Shown piece by piece: positions 1 to 9,808 of a stretch of 51,195 nt of DNA. Origin of the DNA: a virus (lineage: Duplodnaviria; Heunggongvirae; Uroviricota; Caudoviricetes); the IMG/VR virus record IMGVR_UViG_3300020045_003677, positions 124,098 to 175,292 of that record. One strand, written 5' to 3'. The position numbers and the translations under genes are program-made. The notes under the pieces are model-generated. The model was not told the DNA's origin. It did not search any database and saw only the letters and a program-made list of their open reading frames with translations. Numbering within the stretch: the first letter of the stretch is position 1; every line of letters begins with the position of its first letter.

Positions 1-1
1 G

Positions 2-595
2 TACTCTGGGTCGAATCACGCCGGAATGTGGAAAACTATTGAGCAAGGTGCATGGGGTGCAAACTCTATTACCAGGCCATTTGAGATAATTCTACGGTTC
101 TTGTGGAAGATTAAAAACTTGAAGACTGTAATGTCGGTATCTGGTAACCATGATAGAACTACGGCTGATAAAGAAGCTGAAGATAGTAATGAGGGATCAA
201 AACTATTGTTCTACATGCTTAAATATGCAATGCCAAGCATTGATGTTGTGCACACCGATCACAGAACAGTACTCGAGCATGGTAGTATTGTGTTTATCAA
301 CCTTCATGGCGATCAGGGGCTAGACAAAAAGTCTGCCGATAAGATCGTATGGAAATATGGTAGTCAAGATAAATTCAATATGATCCTTGAAGGACATTTT
401 CATTCTAGAATAATTTCTAAGGATGATGACACCGCCGGTTATCGTAAGATGCATTGTCCTGCATTTGCCCCGACTGATGATTACGCTGACAGACTTGGAT
501 TAGGTTCCTTATCTGGTTGGTTGATGATCGTTGAACGTGAGGGCCTACCGATGGTTATTGACACTCCAATTAACTATGGAACAAGGAATAGGTAA
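2..595 (+). CDS. Calcineurin-like metallophosphoesterase, 5'-truncated by the window edge
   Basis: Frame is open from base 2. Motifs SGNHD, NLHGD and EGHFH match the metallophosphoesterase signature. Confidence 0.8.
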   Translation, partial: YSGSNHAGMWKTIEQGAWGANSITRPFEIILRFLWKIKNLKTVMSVSGNHDRTTADKEAEDSNEGSKLLFYMLKYAMPSIDVVHTDHRTVLEHGSIVFINLHGDQGLDKKSADKIVWKYGSQDKFNMILEGHFHSRIISKDDDTAGYRKMHCPAFAPTDDYADRLGLGSLSGWLMIVEREGLPMVIDTPINYGTRNR

Positions 596-1718
596 CACTG
601 AGTACCCTGTAATTTTTAAGCAGGATACTAAAGGTAAGATTCGAACCTTTCAGATGGAAACGTCTGGGGGTTCCTATCGAACCATTACAGGTCTAATTGA
701 TGGTAAGAAAACTATCACTGAATGGACACTGTGTACTCCTAAAAATGTTGGAAAGGCTAATGAAACAAGTATTGAGTTTCAAGCAGATGCCGAAGTCAAA
801 GCTAAGTATGCTAAGAAGTTAGCTCAGGAACATTATACTACTACTATTGAGCATGCTCAAGAGAATAGACATAAGTATTTTGCTCCAATGTTAGCTGAGA
901 AGGCTATTGATGTTAAGTTTGTTATGAAGGATGGGATGACAGTTATTCTGGATCCTAAACTAGATGGTATGCGAATGGTGGAACAGATGAATGCTAGTCA
1001 TTCAAGAAAAGGACTACCTATTGCAGCGGCCGGAAAGATTCATGATAACTTACAACAGTTCTTTGATGATAACCCAACAATCACCTTAGATGGTGAACTA
1101 TACAATCATGCATACCATGATGACTTTCAGACTCTTATGTCTTTATTTAGGAAAGAAAAGCCCACTAAAGAAGAGTTAGAAGCGATGGAGGAAGTTGCTG
1201 AATATCATATCTATGATATGTTTGACAGCGATAATCCGAACATGACAGCATTGGAAAGAAAGCAATTTCTTGACGATAATCAGATCTTGAACTCCATCAA
1301 GAAAGTTCATATTGTGAAATGGAAACTGATTACCAATCTAACCGATTACCAGAATGCGCTTGATGAGAATCTTGCTGATGGGTATGAGGGAAGTATTGTT
1401 AGAATCCCTGATAGCATATATGTTAACAAACGTAGTAGAAGCTTAATAAAAATCAAAATCTTTGACGATGCTGAATTTACGATCCTTGATATCAAGTCGG
1501 GAAAAGGTAATCGCGCCGGTGTTGCTGCTTGTATCGATGTTGACGTTAATGGTCATGTGGTTGGTTGTGGAATTAGGGGGACCGTTGCTTATTGTACAAC
1601 TCTTCTTGAAAATATGGAAGACTACATAGGACTTAAAGCAACTGTTCGTTACTTTGGGTTTACTGATGTTGGTAAGCTAAGATTCCCTAAAGTAATTGAT
1701 ATTAACAGACCTGATTAA
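576..1718 (+). CDS. lig: ATP-dependent DNA ligase
   Basis: KLDGMR (motif I KxDGxR), DGELY, YHIYD, EGSIVR, KIK, and a C-terminal OB fold ending LRFP. Start chosen at ATG 576. Confidence 0.93.
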   Translation: MEQGIGNTEYPVIFKQDTKGKIRTFQMETSGGSYRTITGLIDGKKTITEWTLCTPKNVGKANETSIEFQADAEVKAKYAKKLAQEHYTTTIEHAQENRHKYFAPMLAEKAIDVKFVMKDGMTVILDPKLDGMRMVEQMNASHSRKGLPIAAAGKIHDNLQQFFDDNPTITLDGELYNHAYHDDFQTLMSLFRKEKPTKEELEAMEEVAEYHIYDMFDSDNPNMTALERKQFLDDNQILNSIKKVHIVKWKLITNLTDYQNALDENLADGYEGSIVRIPDSIYVNKRSRSLIKIKIFDDAEFTILDIKSGKGNRAGVAACIDVDVNGHVVGCGIRGTVAYCTTLLENMEDYIGLKATVRYFGFTDVGKLRFPKVIDINRPD

Positions 1719-1719
1719 T

Positions 1720-3294
1720 ATGACAAAAATAATTAATAACGCGGAGCAAATAATAATTGAAACTATCTCTGAATTTTGTAATGCAGTATGCAGTACATTA
1801 GGGCCAGGTGGTAAAAATGTTATTATCTCTACAGGTGAGGTCGTTCCTCACGTAACCAAAGATGGTGTTACGGTAAGTGAAAGTATTCACTATACTGACC
1901 CAGCTAAAGAAGCTATCATCTCATTGGTAAAAGAGTCTGCTCGTAAAACTGCTAGTACTGTTGGGGATGGAACAACCACCTCTACTCTACTGGTTAAGGC
2001 CCTGGTAATTCAGGGTATGGCTGCTCTGAAACAAGTGAGCTCTCGTAAAGTGTTCATGGATGCTTTGGAGAATACCTTAGATGATGTTAAAGAGTATTTG
2101 GAAGATATCAAACTTATGATTGATAAAGACTCCGATCTCCTTAAATCGGTGATTAGTATATCGAGTAACAGTGATGCGGAAGTAACTAAGTTAGTAACCG
2201 AAGCTGTTAAACATGCCGGCGCCGATGGAATCATCAATGTAGAAGCTACTGACGAGATAGTCTCTGAAGTAATTACTACAAAGGGGGCTTCTCTAGATAC
2301 CCGAGTTCTTACCAGTGCTACAGGTGAATATGCTACCACTAATGTTGTACTCATCGAGGGCTCTATAAAAGAGGTGTTCGAAATTGAGCCGATACTACAA
2401 TATGCTGCAAGAACAGCTACCCCAATAGTAATCATTGCTAAAGAGTTTTCTGATAGTGTGGTGAAAGTGGTAAACGTAAATAACGGTAGAGGTAAGTTAC
2501 AGATTGTACTTGCTGAAGCTGAGGGGTTCTCTACATTCCGAATGGAGATACTAAAAGATCTTGGGTTCCTTACAGGAGCTGACATCATTAGTACCGACGG
2601 AAGTACTTCACATTCTCTGAAGGGTTTCAATGCTGATAATATTGGAGTAGTCGAAAAGGTTATTTTCAACAAGCATGAGCTAATACTGTTTCCTTTCGAA
2701 GACAAGTATACTGAGGAAGTAGATAGGCTAACAGAAGAGCTAAAAGTGACCTATAACGAGGTTAAACTCGATCCAAATAGTGCACGAGCAAGTCATATCA
2801 AACGTAGACTTTCAAAGTATGCAACAGTAGCAACTATAAGGGTTGGTGGTGTTACAGAAGGTGAAGTTAAGGAAAAGAAAGACCGGGTCGATGATGCAGT
2901 TTGTGCTGTATCTGCAGCTGTAAACGGTGGAGTATTACCTGGCGGTGGTATGGCTTTGTACAATGCTGGTCAGTTTCTAATAAGTAGTAAACTACGTCCC
3001 GATATGAATCAGGATGAGGCTAAAGCTATTAATGTGATAATTCATGCATGTTCGGCCCCAATCAATACCTTATGTGCAAACGCCGGCATCGACTGGGCCA
3101 TGTACTGTGCTAACGAGGAGCTAATGAAAAGTGAGAATAACGTTCTCGACATTAACGAGTTAGTGATTGGTGATGCGTTTGAGCTTGGAATTATTGATCC
3201 AGCTTTGGTACCGATCAACGCAATCCTGAATGCCGCTTCTGTAACTAAAACATTACTTAAATCTAAGGTAATAATAATTCCAGATATAGACTAA
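1720..3294 (+). CDS. groEL: Phage-encoded GroEL-like chaperonin
   Basis: TLGPGG, TKDGVTV, GDGTTTS, KKDRVDDA, GVLPGGG, GIIDP. About 524 aa, no GGM tail. ATG at 1720 follows the ligase stop. Confidence 0.95.
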   Translation: MTKIINNAEQIIIETISEFCNAVCSTLGPGGKNVIISTGEVVPHVTKDGVTVSESIHYTDPAKEAIISLVKESARKTASTVGDGTTTSTLLVKALVIQGMAALKQVSSRKVFMDALENTLDDVKEYLEDIKLMIDKDSDLLKSVISISSNSDAEVTKLVTEAVKHAGADGIINVEATDEIVSEVITTKGASLDTRVLTSATGEYATTNVVLIEGSIKEVFEIEPILQYAARTATPIVIIAKEFSDSVVKVVNVNNGRGKLQIVLAEAEGFSTFRMEILKDLGFLTGADIISTDGSTSHSLKGFNADNIGVVEKVIFNKHELILFPFEDKYTEEVDRLTEELKVTYNEVKLDPNSARASHIKRRLSKYATVATIRVGGVTEGEVKEKKDRVDDAVCAVSAAVNGGVLPGGGMALYNAGQFLISSKLRPDMNQDEAKAINVIIHACSAPINTLCANAGIDWAMYCANEELMKSENNVLDINELVIGDAFELGIIDPALVPINAILNAASVTKTLLKSKVIIIPDID

Positions 3295-3755
3295 TGGCTA
3301 GGTATCAAGGTAGAGTAATAGTAAAGAAGGTTGGTGAGGATGGTAAGCAGATAAGTGGATCCATCACTGATTGGAAATCCAAAAACCCGGGTAAGATGAC
3401 TTTTGATAGTATGCCCGAGTATCAGGTGTGGAAGTACATAAAAGACAGTGGATTAGAGTTTGAGTACCAACCGAACATAGAATTGTTTGATAAGTTTTCT
3501 ACTACTGAATTTGAAGATGGTGAGATTAAGACGGTTACACAGAGGAAGATTGGGTACAAACCAGACTTCTACTTGCCGGCGTATGATTGCTATATTGAGG
3601 TTAAGGGGTATGCCGACGAACTGTTTAAGCTTAGGTGGAAACTGTTCAAGTTAAAGGCATACACTGGGTTCATTGTCTATTCTCTCAAAGAGGCCGTAGA
3701 GTTGTTAGAACTACTAAAGTCAGTTACAAAGAAAGAAGATACTACTTCTGCATAA
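3294..3755 (+). CDS. PD-(D/E)xK endonuclease (DUF1064 / T7 endonuclease I-like, possible resolvase)
   Basis: FDSxxE N-terminal motif and YKPDF...IEVKG catalytic motif. TAATG coupling to groEL. Confidence 0.75.
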   Translation: MARYQGRVIVKKVGEDGKQISGSITDWKSKNPGKMTFDSMPEYQVWKYIKDSGLEFEYQPNIELFDKFSTTEFEDGEIKTVTQRKIGYKPDFYLPAYDCYIEVKGYADELFKLRWKLFKLKAYTGFIVYSLKEAVELLELLKSVTKKEDTTSA

Positions 3756-3799
3756 AGTTAAGATTGTATTTAAATACACATAATCTTGACAATACACAC

Positions 3800-4150
3800 A
3801 TGATATTTGCCCGCATAAAAATAGCAGAAGACACTGACATTAAGTTAGCGAACATTCTGATAGACATACTAGAGTCTGATGATAGCATAAGAGACGTTGA
3901 TTACTCGACAGATAAACGTGATATCAAAATCACACTGCCTGAAGACGTTGAAGTGCTGAACTTCATTGAAGGTATTCTAGAGGAATTTTTCCTTACTAAA
4001 GGTACTGTGCAGATGGATGTTTCAATGGATAACGATAACAAAGAGGTCGAACAGATTTTTAACTATCGCTATTGTGTAACTCCATCGCTGAATAGCCCAG
4101 AGAAACAGTTTTTATTAAAGTTGTTTCCGGCTAAAGATTTATTCAATTAA
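3800..4150 (+). CDS. Hypothetical acidic protein
   Basis: ORF from ATG 3800. The longer upstream start in the track overlaps the previous gene. Confidence 0.6.
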   Translation: MIFARIKIAEDTDIKLANILIDILESDDSIRDVDYSTDKRDIKITLPEDVEVLNFIEGILEEFFLTKGTVQMDVSMDNDNKEVEQIFNYRYCVTPSLNSPEKQFLLKLFPAKDLFN

Positions 4151-4155
4151 TTATT

Positions 4156-4182
4156 GTGGGATGTCTGATAAACTCCCACTTT
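4156..4182 (+). terminator. Weak intrinsic terminator-like hairpin
   Basis: GTGGGA...TCCCAC stem followed by TTTATACT, in the intergenic gap before the RNR gene. Confidence 0.4.
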
Positions 4183-4249
4183 ATACTAAATTTTTAACTA
4201 AGATAAATAATGAAAAAGTATTAGTACAAAAGTCTTTAATTAGTTGAAA

Positions 4250-6763
4250 ATGACTGTGTTTACAAAAGAAGAAGTAACGAAAAGTTGCTTAGAGTTCTTC
4301 CGTGGTGATGAATTAGCTACCAAAGTGTGGATGAACAAATATTGCTTGAAAAACAAAGAAGATCAGTTCGTAGAACTATCTCCTCGTGATAGATTTAAAG
4401 CAATCGCTGCAGAGATCCATAGAATAGATGTTAAGCGGGGAGACCTGACATACACGGAAGAAGATTATTATACTGTGTTAGTGGACCAGCAAATATGCCC
4501 CGGAGGTTCCGGATTGTATGGAATTGCTAACCCTTATTCGATAACATCGTTGGGAAACTGTTTTGTTATCGATGGTAATGAAGAAGATAGTTACGGTTCA
4601 ATCATGAAGGTTGACCAGGAGATTGTCCAGATCGCTAAGCGTAGAGGTGGAGTTGGTACTGACATGAGTCATTTACGACCTAAAGAAGCCTTTGTAAGTA
4701 ATAGTGCTGGAACTAGTTCTGGAGTTGTGTCGTTCTGTGAACGTCATAGTAATAGTTCTAGAGAGGTTGCTCAGGATGGCCGCCGGGGTGCACTCATGCT
4801 TTCTTTACATGTTAACCACCCAGATATTGCTGAGTTCATTAACATGAAGCTTGATACAAGTAAAGTTACTGGGGCCAACGTCTCAGTTAGACTTACTGAC
4901 AAGTTCATGCACGCAGTAGAAGGAGATGGATACTACCTTCAACAGTTTCCCTGTGAATTGGATATCAACCAGTTAGGTATAGACATGGATGGACTTGAGC
5001 CTAATAAGCTTAAGAAACTCATGTTCAACGACGAGCCGGTTTATGTTCGCAAAGTTAAGGCCAGATCTATCTGGAACCTTATTATAAGTGCTAACTGGAA
5101 ATCAGCAGAGCCAGGCGCATTATTCTGGGATACCATCATCAAAGAATCGGTTCCGGATTGCTACCCTAAGTTCAAGACTAAATCAACAAACCCATGTGGC
5201 GAGATTCCTCTCAGTCCGTATGACAGTTGTAGATTGATCTCTGTGAATTTGGTGAAGTGTATCAGAAACCCATTTACAATTGGTGCTGCATTTGATAATG
5301 ACCTGTTTGTCAGACTATCTCATATGGTGGTACACATGATGGATAACATCATTGACCTCGAGATTGAGAAGATTCAGCAGATAGAGAACAAGATCAAAGC
5401 TGATAAAGAGGATATTGATACTAAGTGGACTGAGCTTGATATGTGGAGGAAAATTAAATCCAACACTATTGACGGACGACGTTCTGGTATTTCTATCATA
5501 GGCCATGGAGACATGCTTGCTATGTTAGGTATGAAGTACGGTTCGAAAGAATCCACTGCTAAATTGGTGGAGATACATAAAGTATTTGCTACTGAGGTAT
5601 ATACAGCGTCAATCGGACTTGCAAAGGTTCGTGGAGCATTCCCGGCGTTCAATGCTAAACTAGAGATGGGTAACCCATTCCTACTTAGACTTGGTGTAGC
5701 TGGCATCCCAAGACGTCATATTGCTTTATTAACTATTCCACCTGTTGGAACCATGTCTATTGTGATGAACAACCAGACCAGTGGTATCGAATCGGTATTT
5801 ATGCCGGTCTACAAACGTAGTAGGAAAGTTAATCCTGGAGATAGCTCGGCAAAGGTCGACTTTGTTGATGAAGTAGGAGACTCATGGGAAGAGTTCCATG
5901 TGTTTCATCCATACTTTAAGATGTGGGCGCTAATCAATCATCCATACAAGGTGCTTGATGAGATGACGGACCAAGAGGTTGCAACACTGGTTGCAATGTC
6001 TCCGTATGCTGGTGCTTCTGCAGGTGAGATTGATCCAATTGCTAAGATTGAGTTAATTGGCGCAGTTCAGAAATGGATCGACCACTCTATTAGTAATACT
6101 ACTAACCTACCTGCCGACACTACTGAAAAGATGGTGTCTGATCTTTATCTAAGGGCCTGGAAATCTGGATGTAAAGGTATTACTATTTACCGAGATGGTA
6201 GCCGTACTGGGGTTCTTAACTCTATTGGAGGGTCGAATTCTAAGTTTGAACAACGTGATGCACCTAAGAGACTCAAAGATCTTAAGTGTGATATATTTCA
6301 ACCTACTATCAATGGAGAGAAGTATATTGTTCTAGTTGGACTATTTGACGGGAAACCGTTCGAGACTATGGCCCTTAAACGTGGGGATATTCATTTACCG
6401 GCTAAACTGGAAACTGGTATCCTACGCAAACAAAAGAGTGGAGTCTACAACTTATTAGATTCCGCAGGTACTTTATTGATTGAGGATATTACCTCTAAGT
6501 TCGAAACTCCTGAATGGGCTTTCGTTATGAGGTTGATCTCTACTGCTCTAAGACATGGTGCTGCTATACAATTCGTTGTAGAACAGTTGAACAAGTCTGA
6601 AGGTTCTGTGGTACATATCAGTAAGGTTATTGCAAGACAATTAAAGAAATACATACCAGAAGTTGATGGTGGTGTTTCAACATGCCCTAACTGTGGCGCA
6701 GAGATGCACATGGAAGGTGGATGTAAACAATGTAAGGAATGTGGTTATGGCGCATGTGGATAA
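4250..6763 (+). CDS. nrdJ: Class II (adenosylcobalamin-dependent) ribonucleotide reductase
   Basis: SLGNCF, GGGVG, GRRGA, NPCGE, PPVGT, KGITIYRDGSR, and a C-terminal CPNC...CKECG Zn ribbon. No beta subunit nearby. Confidence 0.92.
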   Translation: MTVFTKEEVTKSCLEFFRGDELATKVWMNKYCLKNKEDQFVELSPRDRFKAIAAEIHRIDVKRGDLTYTEEDYYTVLVDQQICPGGSGLYGIANPYSITSLGNCFVIDGNEEDSYGSIMKVDQEIVQIAKRRGGVGTDMSHLRPKEAFVSNSAGTSSGVVSFCERHSNSSREVAQDGRRGALMLSLHVNHPDIAEFINMKLDTSKVTGANVSVRLTDKFMHAVEGDGYYLQQFPCELDINQLGIDMDGLEPNKLKKLMFNDEPVYVRKVKARSIWNLIISANWKSAEPGALFWDTIIKESVPDCYPKFKTKSTNPCGEIPLSPYDSCRLISVNLVKCIRNPFTIGAAFDNDLFVRLSHMVVHMMDNIIDLEIEKIQQIENKIKADKEDIDTKWTELDMWRKIKSNTIDGRRSGISIIGHGDMLAMLGMKYGSKESTAKLVEIHKVFATEVYTASIGLAKVRGAFPAFNAKLEMGNPFLLRLGVAGIPRRHIALLTIPPVGTMSIVMNNQTSGIESVFMPVYKRSRKVNPGDSSAKVDFVDEVGDSWEEFHVFHPYFKMWALINHPYKVLDEMTDQEVATLVAMSPYAGASAGEIDPIAKIELIGAVQKWIDHSISNTTNLPADTTEKMVSDLYLRAWKSGCKGITIYRDGSRTGVLNSIGGSNSKFEQRDAPKRLKDLKCDIFQPTINGEKYIVLVGLFDGKPFETMALKRGDIHLPAKLETGILRKQKSGVYNLLDSAGTLLIEDITSKFETPEWAFVMRLISTALRHGAAIQFVVEQLNKSEGSVVHISKVIARQLKKYIPEVDGGVSTCPNCGAEMHMEGGCKQCKECGYGACG

Positions 6764-7085
6764 CATACCATTTGAAGAAGCACTTGAAGAGTTAAAAAAT
6801 GGTGAGATAATTGCTAGGGAAGATTGGCCATACGGTGAATTTATATTTATTGGAAAAGGCACTGTTGTTAAGATGAATAATGTTTTAACCACAGAATGTC
6901 TCCCAGAAAAGGTTAAAAAGTGGATTTTATGTAATGATAAAGACACCAATTTACCTGAAAATCAAGGGTTAGAAGAAATCCAGCTTATTGATAGTTTATG
7001 TATGAGACTATTCGATGGTTCTATTGTAAATGGATGGCTACCAACTTTTGAAGATTTATTTGCCGATGATTGGCATGTTTGGTAG
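6747..7085 (+). CDS. DUF2829 / Tad2-like (Thoeris anti-defence 2 family) protein
   Basis: N-terminal FEEALEELKNG..IAREDW and C-terminal GWLPTFEDLFADDW match the DUF2829 pattern F..AL..LK.G....R..W / W.PS..D.LA.DW. Confidence 0.8.
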   Translation: MAHVDNIPFEEALEELKNGEIIAREDWPYGEFIFIGKGTVVKMNNVLTTECLPEKVKKWILCNDKDTNLPENQGLEEIQLIDSLCMRLFDGSIVNGWLPTFEDLFADDWHVW

Positions 7086-7088
7086 ATC

Positions 7089-7784
7089 ATGAGAACGTTT
7101 GCAATAGGTGATATCCACGGTAATTACAAAGCTTTGAAACAAGTACTTGAGCGGTCTGCCTTTGATAAAGAGGTGGACCGTTTGTTTGTATTAGGTGATG
7201 TATGTGACGGATGGCCTGATGTTGTTGAGTGTATTGAGACTCTTTTAGATATTCCTAATATGATTGCAATTATGGGTAACCATGATGAATGGTCTTGGGA
7301 CTATTTGAAATTCGGAATCATCAATAAACAGTGGGAAGTTCAGGGTGGACAAGCTACCTTAGATTCCTACAGGAAGCATCCTACATTTATGGTCTCTCAT
7401 TCTAGAGAGTATTTTGGTAGAGCTCATTACTATTACATTGATGAGAATAACAATGCTTATGTGCACGGAGGATGGGGCGGAAAAGATGGTCTTGGTAAAG
7501 ACAGACTTTCTGTTTACCTATGGGATCGTGCAATGTGGACTGCAATTGGTGTAGCACATCATTTCGGACATTCAGCTAACCGAACCAAAATATACAACAA
7601 GGTATTTATAGGTCATACATCACTAGGACAAGTAAAGCCGGAGAAGCGGTGTAATTGCTGGAATTTGGATACAGGTGCCGGATGGTACGGAGTACTTACA
7701 ATCATGAATGTTGATACCGAAGAGTATTGGCAAAGTGATCCAGCTCCATTACTCTATCCGGAAGAATTTAAAGCTAGAGAATGA
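7089..7784 (+). CDS. Ser/Thr protein phosphatase-like metallophosphoesterase (lambda NinI / ApaH-like)
   Basis: GDIHG, GDVCD, GNHD, HGG, GHT, LDTG. Confidence 0.88.
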   Translation: MRTFAIGDIHGNYKALKQVLERSAFDKEVDRLFVLGDVCDGWPDVVECIETLLDIPNMIAIMGNHDEWSWDYLKFGIINKQWEVQGGQATLDSYRKHPTFMVSHSREYFGRAHYYYIDENNNAYVHGGWGGKDGLGKDRLSVYLWDRAMWTAIGVAHHFGHSANRTKIYNKVFIGHTSLGQVKPEKRCNCWNLDTGAGWYGVLTIMNVDTEEYWQSDPAPLLYPEEFKARE

Positions 7785-8092
7785 TAGCATATAAACTGCT
7801 TAGGCAACTTAAAAATGGAGACCTTACTCCACTATTTATAAATAAGACACAGCGCATACCATACAATGTATGGATGGATGCCGAGTGTCACCCAACTAAA
7901 GGCTTTGCAGTAAGACCATATTGGCACTGTACTTCGGGTCCATTTGCACCACACCTATCTAAGAAGGGTAGAATCTGGGGCATTGTGGAGATAGAAGACT
8001 ACGACAGTATGACGCGCCCTAATAACCAGGGTGGTGAATGGTTCTTAGCAAAGAAGATGAGATTAATAGGAACACTTTACATTAACGCATGA
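7781..8092 (+). CDS. Hypothetical protein
   Basis: ATGA overlaps with both neighbours. No motif recognised. Confidence 0.65.
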   Translation: MIAYKLLRQLKNGDLTPLFINKTQRIPYNVWMDAECHPTKGFAVRPYWHCTSGPFAPHLSKKGRIWGIVEIEDYDSMTRPNNQGGEWFLAKKMRLIGTLYINA

Positions 8093-8586
8093 AAGTACAG
8101 ATTCAAAAACTACATCCGGATGCGCAACTACCTAAGAGGGGTAGCGAGTTAGCTGGTGGATGGGATGTTACAGTTACTGAGATTATAGAGAAAGAACCTG
8201 GGTTCGTAGTATGTAAACTGGGATTTGCTCTGCAACCACCAGTTAATCATAAGGTTACAATAGTACCAAGAAGTAGTCTTACCGGCACACAGTGGGTAAT
8301 TCAAAACTCTCCTGGACTTGGTGACCCAGACTATCGGGGTGAATACCAAGTCAGATTTAGAGCTTTTCCAATTGGATTTACACCGGCATTTAATAATGGT
8401 GTTATCGGAGGAGGGTCCTTTTCGAGGCCTGCTAGTATTCAATACCCACCATTTCCCTATGCTATAGGAGAACGTGTAGCACAGATGTACATCGAGGAGA
8501 TTATTCCTATCGATTTCGAAGAAGTAGAAACCCTATCAGAAACAGAACGTGGTGAGGGTGGATTTGGTAGTTCTGGAAACAAATAA
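8089..8586 (+). CDS. dut: Trimeric dUTPase
   Basis: All five motifs: AGWDV, PRSS, GLGDPDYRGE, GERVAQ, RGEGGFGSSG. Confidence 0.93.
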   Translation: MKVQIQKLHPDAQLPKRGSELAGGWDVTVTEIIEKEPGFVVCKLGFALQPPVNHKVTIVPRSSLTGTQWVIQNSPGLGDPDYRGEYQVRFRAFPIGFTPAFNNGVIGGGSFSRPASIQYPPFPYAIGERVAQMYIEEIIPIDFEEVETLSETERGEGGFGSSGNK

Positions 8587-8598
8587 AATTACATTAAA

Positions 8599-8893
8599 AT
8601 GGATATGACCAAACTTATTCCGCTAATGGCGGATGCTTTCTCAAGAGAAGACCTTATTGAAAAAAATTGCTGAGAGTGTAAAACAATGCCAGCTTAACCC
8701 AAGTGATGATAACATCAGAAATTTGGAGTTTGACTGTACATTGCTATGTACCAAAAGAGCAGTTGATTTAAGTGGTGGTGTTGAGTCTCTTTCGAAAGAA
8801 CTCAAACATCATAAAGACCTGCATGACACCGATGAGATGTTACGTAACATCCCGGGAGTACAGCTTACAGGTGATAAACCATCCCCCAATTAA
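8599..8893 (+). CDS. Hypothetical protein apparently split by a +1 frameshift in an A7 run (8660-8666)
   Basis: ATG 8599 gives MDMTKLIPLMADAFSREDLIEK then a stop at 8671. Removing one A joins it to the 8633..8893 frame (...LIEKIAESVKQ...). Confidence 0.5.
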
Positions 8894-9807
8894 TGATTGT
8901 TGGTATAAGTGGTAAGAAACAGCATGGGAAAGACGTTACAGCTAAAGTACTAAACTGGATTTTCACCAGTAAACGTATGGGGCTAGATGGCGACTATCCT
9001 ATGCTATACGACTACGTTAATGGTGGTGTAAGGCTGGAGTCTGACTGGAAGACTATTAAGTTTGCAGATAAGTTAAAAGACATTATCTGTATGCTAACTG
9101 GATGTACCAGGGCCCAGTTAGAGGATGATGCTTTCAAGAACTCTTATATGCCGGTTCAGTGGAATAGAAGAGTGCATGGAACCTATGCTTCTTGTGGTGG
9201 TCAGTTTATGCAAGACGATGCTTTCTATCGTAAGTATAATCCTAAGTATCATGGTATAGAGTATGATAACCCAGATAGGTTGGAAGTGAAATTATACAAC
9301 GATGCTAAGCATAACCATGATAATGGTTGGCTTGATAGTTTCGATGGAATGAAGTACAGAGACCGTAAGTATTGTATTCAAGAACGTAGAACATATCGGG
9401 ATGCACTCCAAGAGATTGGTACTGATCTATTTAGGAATCAGTTCAACAAGAATACTTGGGTAGATGCCACCATGGCTGATTATAAACCTATGTCGTACAC
9501 CTTTTGGAATATTGGTGATATGGCTAAAAAATTAGTTGAAGAGTCAGAGGTTGGTAAAAACACTAAACCAATCTACCCAAACTGGTTCATCTCTGATGTA
9601 AGGTTTCCTGGAGAAGTAGAAGCGATTAAAGCCCATGGTGGGGTTGTTATTCGTATTAATAGGCCTGAAGTGATATCTACAGATACACATGAGTCCGAAA
9701 CAGCTCTTGATAACTATCAAGGATTTGACGCCGTTGTAGAGAATGACGGTGATTTATTTAACTTGTTCCACTCTTTAGTTGAAGTAGTGGATTTATTAAA
9801 ACTCTGA
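8893..9807 (+). CDS. Deoxynucleoside monophosphate kinase (T4 gp1-like)
   Basis: GISGKKQHGKD P-loop, FADKLK, RxxLQxxGT, SDVRF, HESE. Confidence 0.85.
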   Translation: MIVGISGKKQHGKDVTAKVLNWIFTSKRMGLDGDYPMLYDYVNGGVRLESDWKTIKFADKLKDIICMLTGCTRAQLEDDAFKNSYMPVQWNRRVHGTYASCGGQFMQDDAFYRKYNPKYHGIEYDNPDRLEVKLYNDAKHNHDNGWLDSFDGMKYRDRKYCIQERRTYRDALQEIGTDLFRNQFNKNTWVDATMADYKPMSYTFWNIGDMAKKLVEESEVGKNTKPIYPNWFISDVRFPGEVEAIKAHGGVVIRINRPEVISTDTHESETALDNYQGFDAVVENDGDLFNLFHSLVEVVDLLKL

Positions 9808-9808
9808 A

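Noticed and set aside
2010-2705. 231-aa antisense ORF inside groEL, and other short minus-strand ORFs in the + block
   Set aside because: They are shadows of well-supported genes, Ser/Ile-rich and without motifs.
4151-4249. Possible cobalamin riboswitch upstream of the B12-dependent nrdJ
   Set aside because: The gap is only about 100 nt and lacks the conserved B12-box elements. Only one short hairpin is present.
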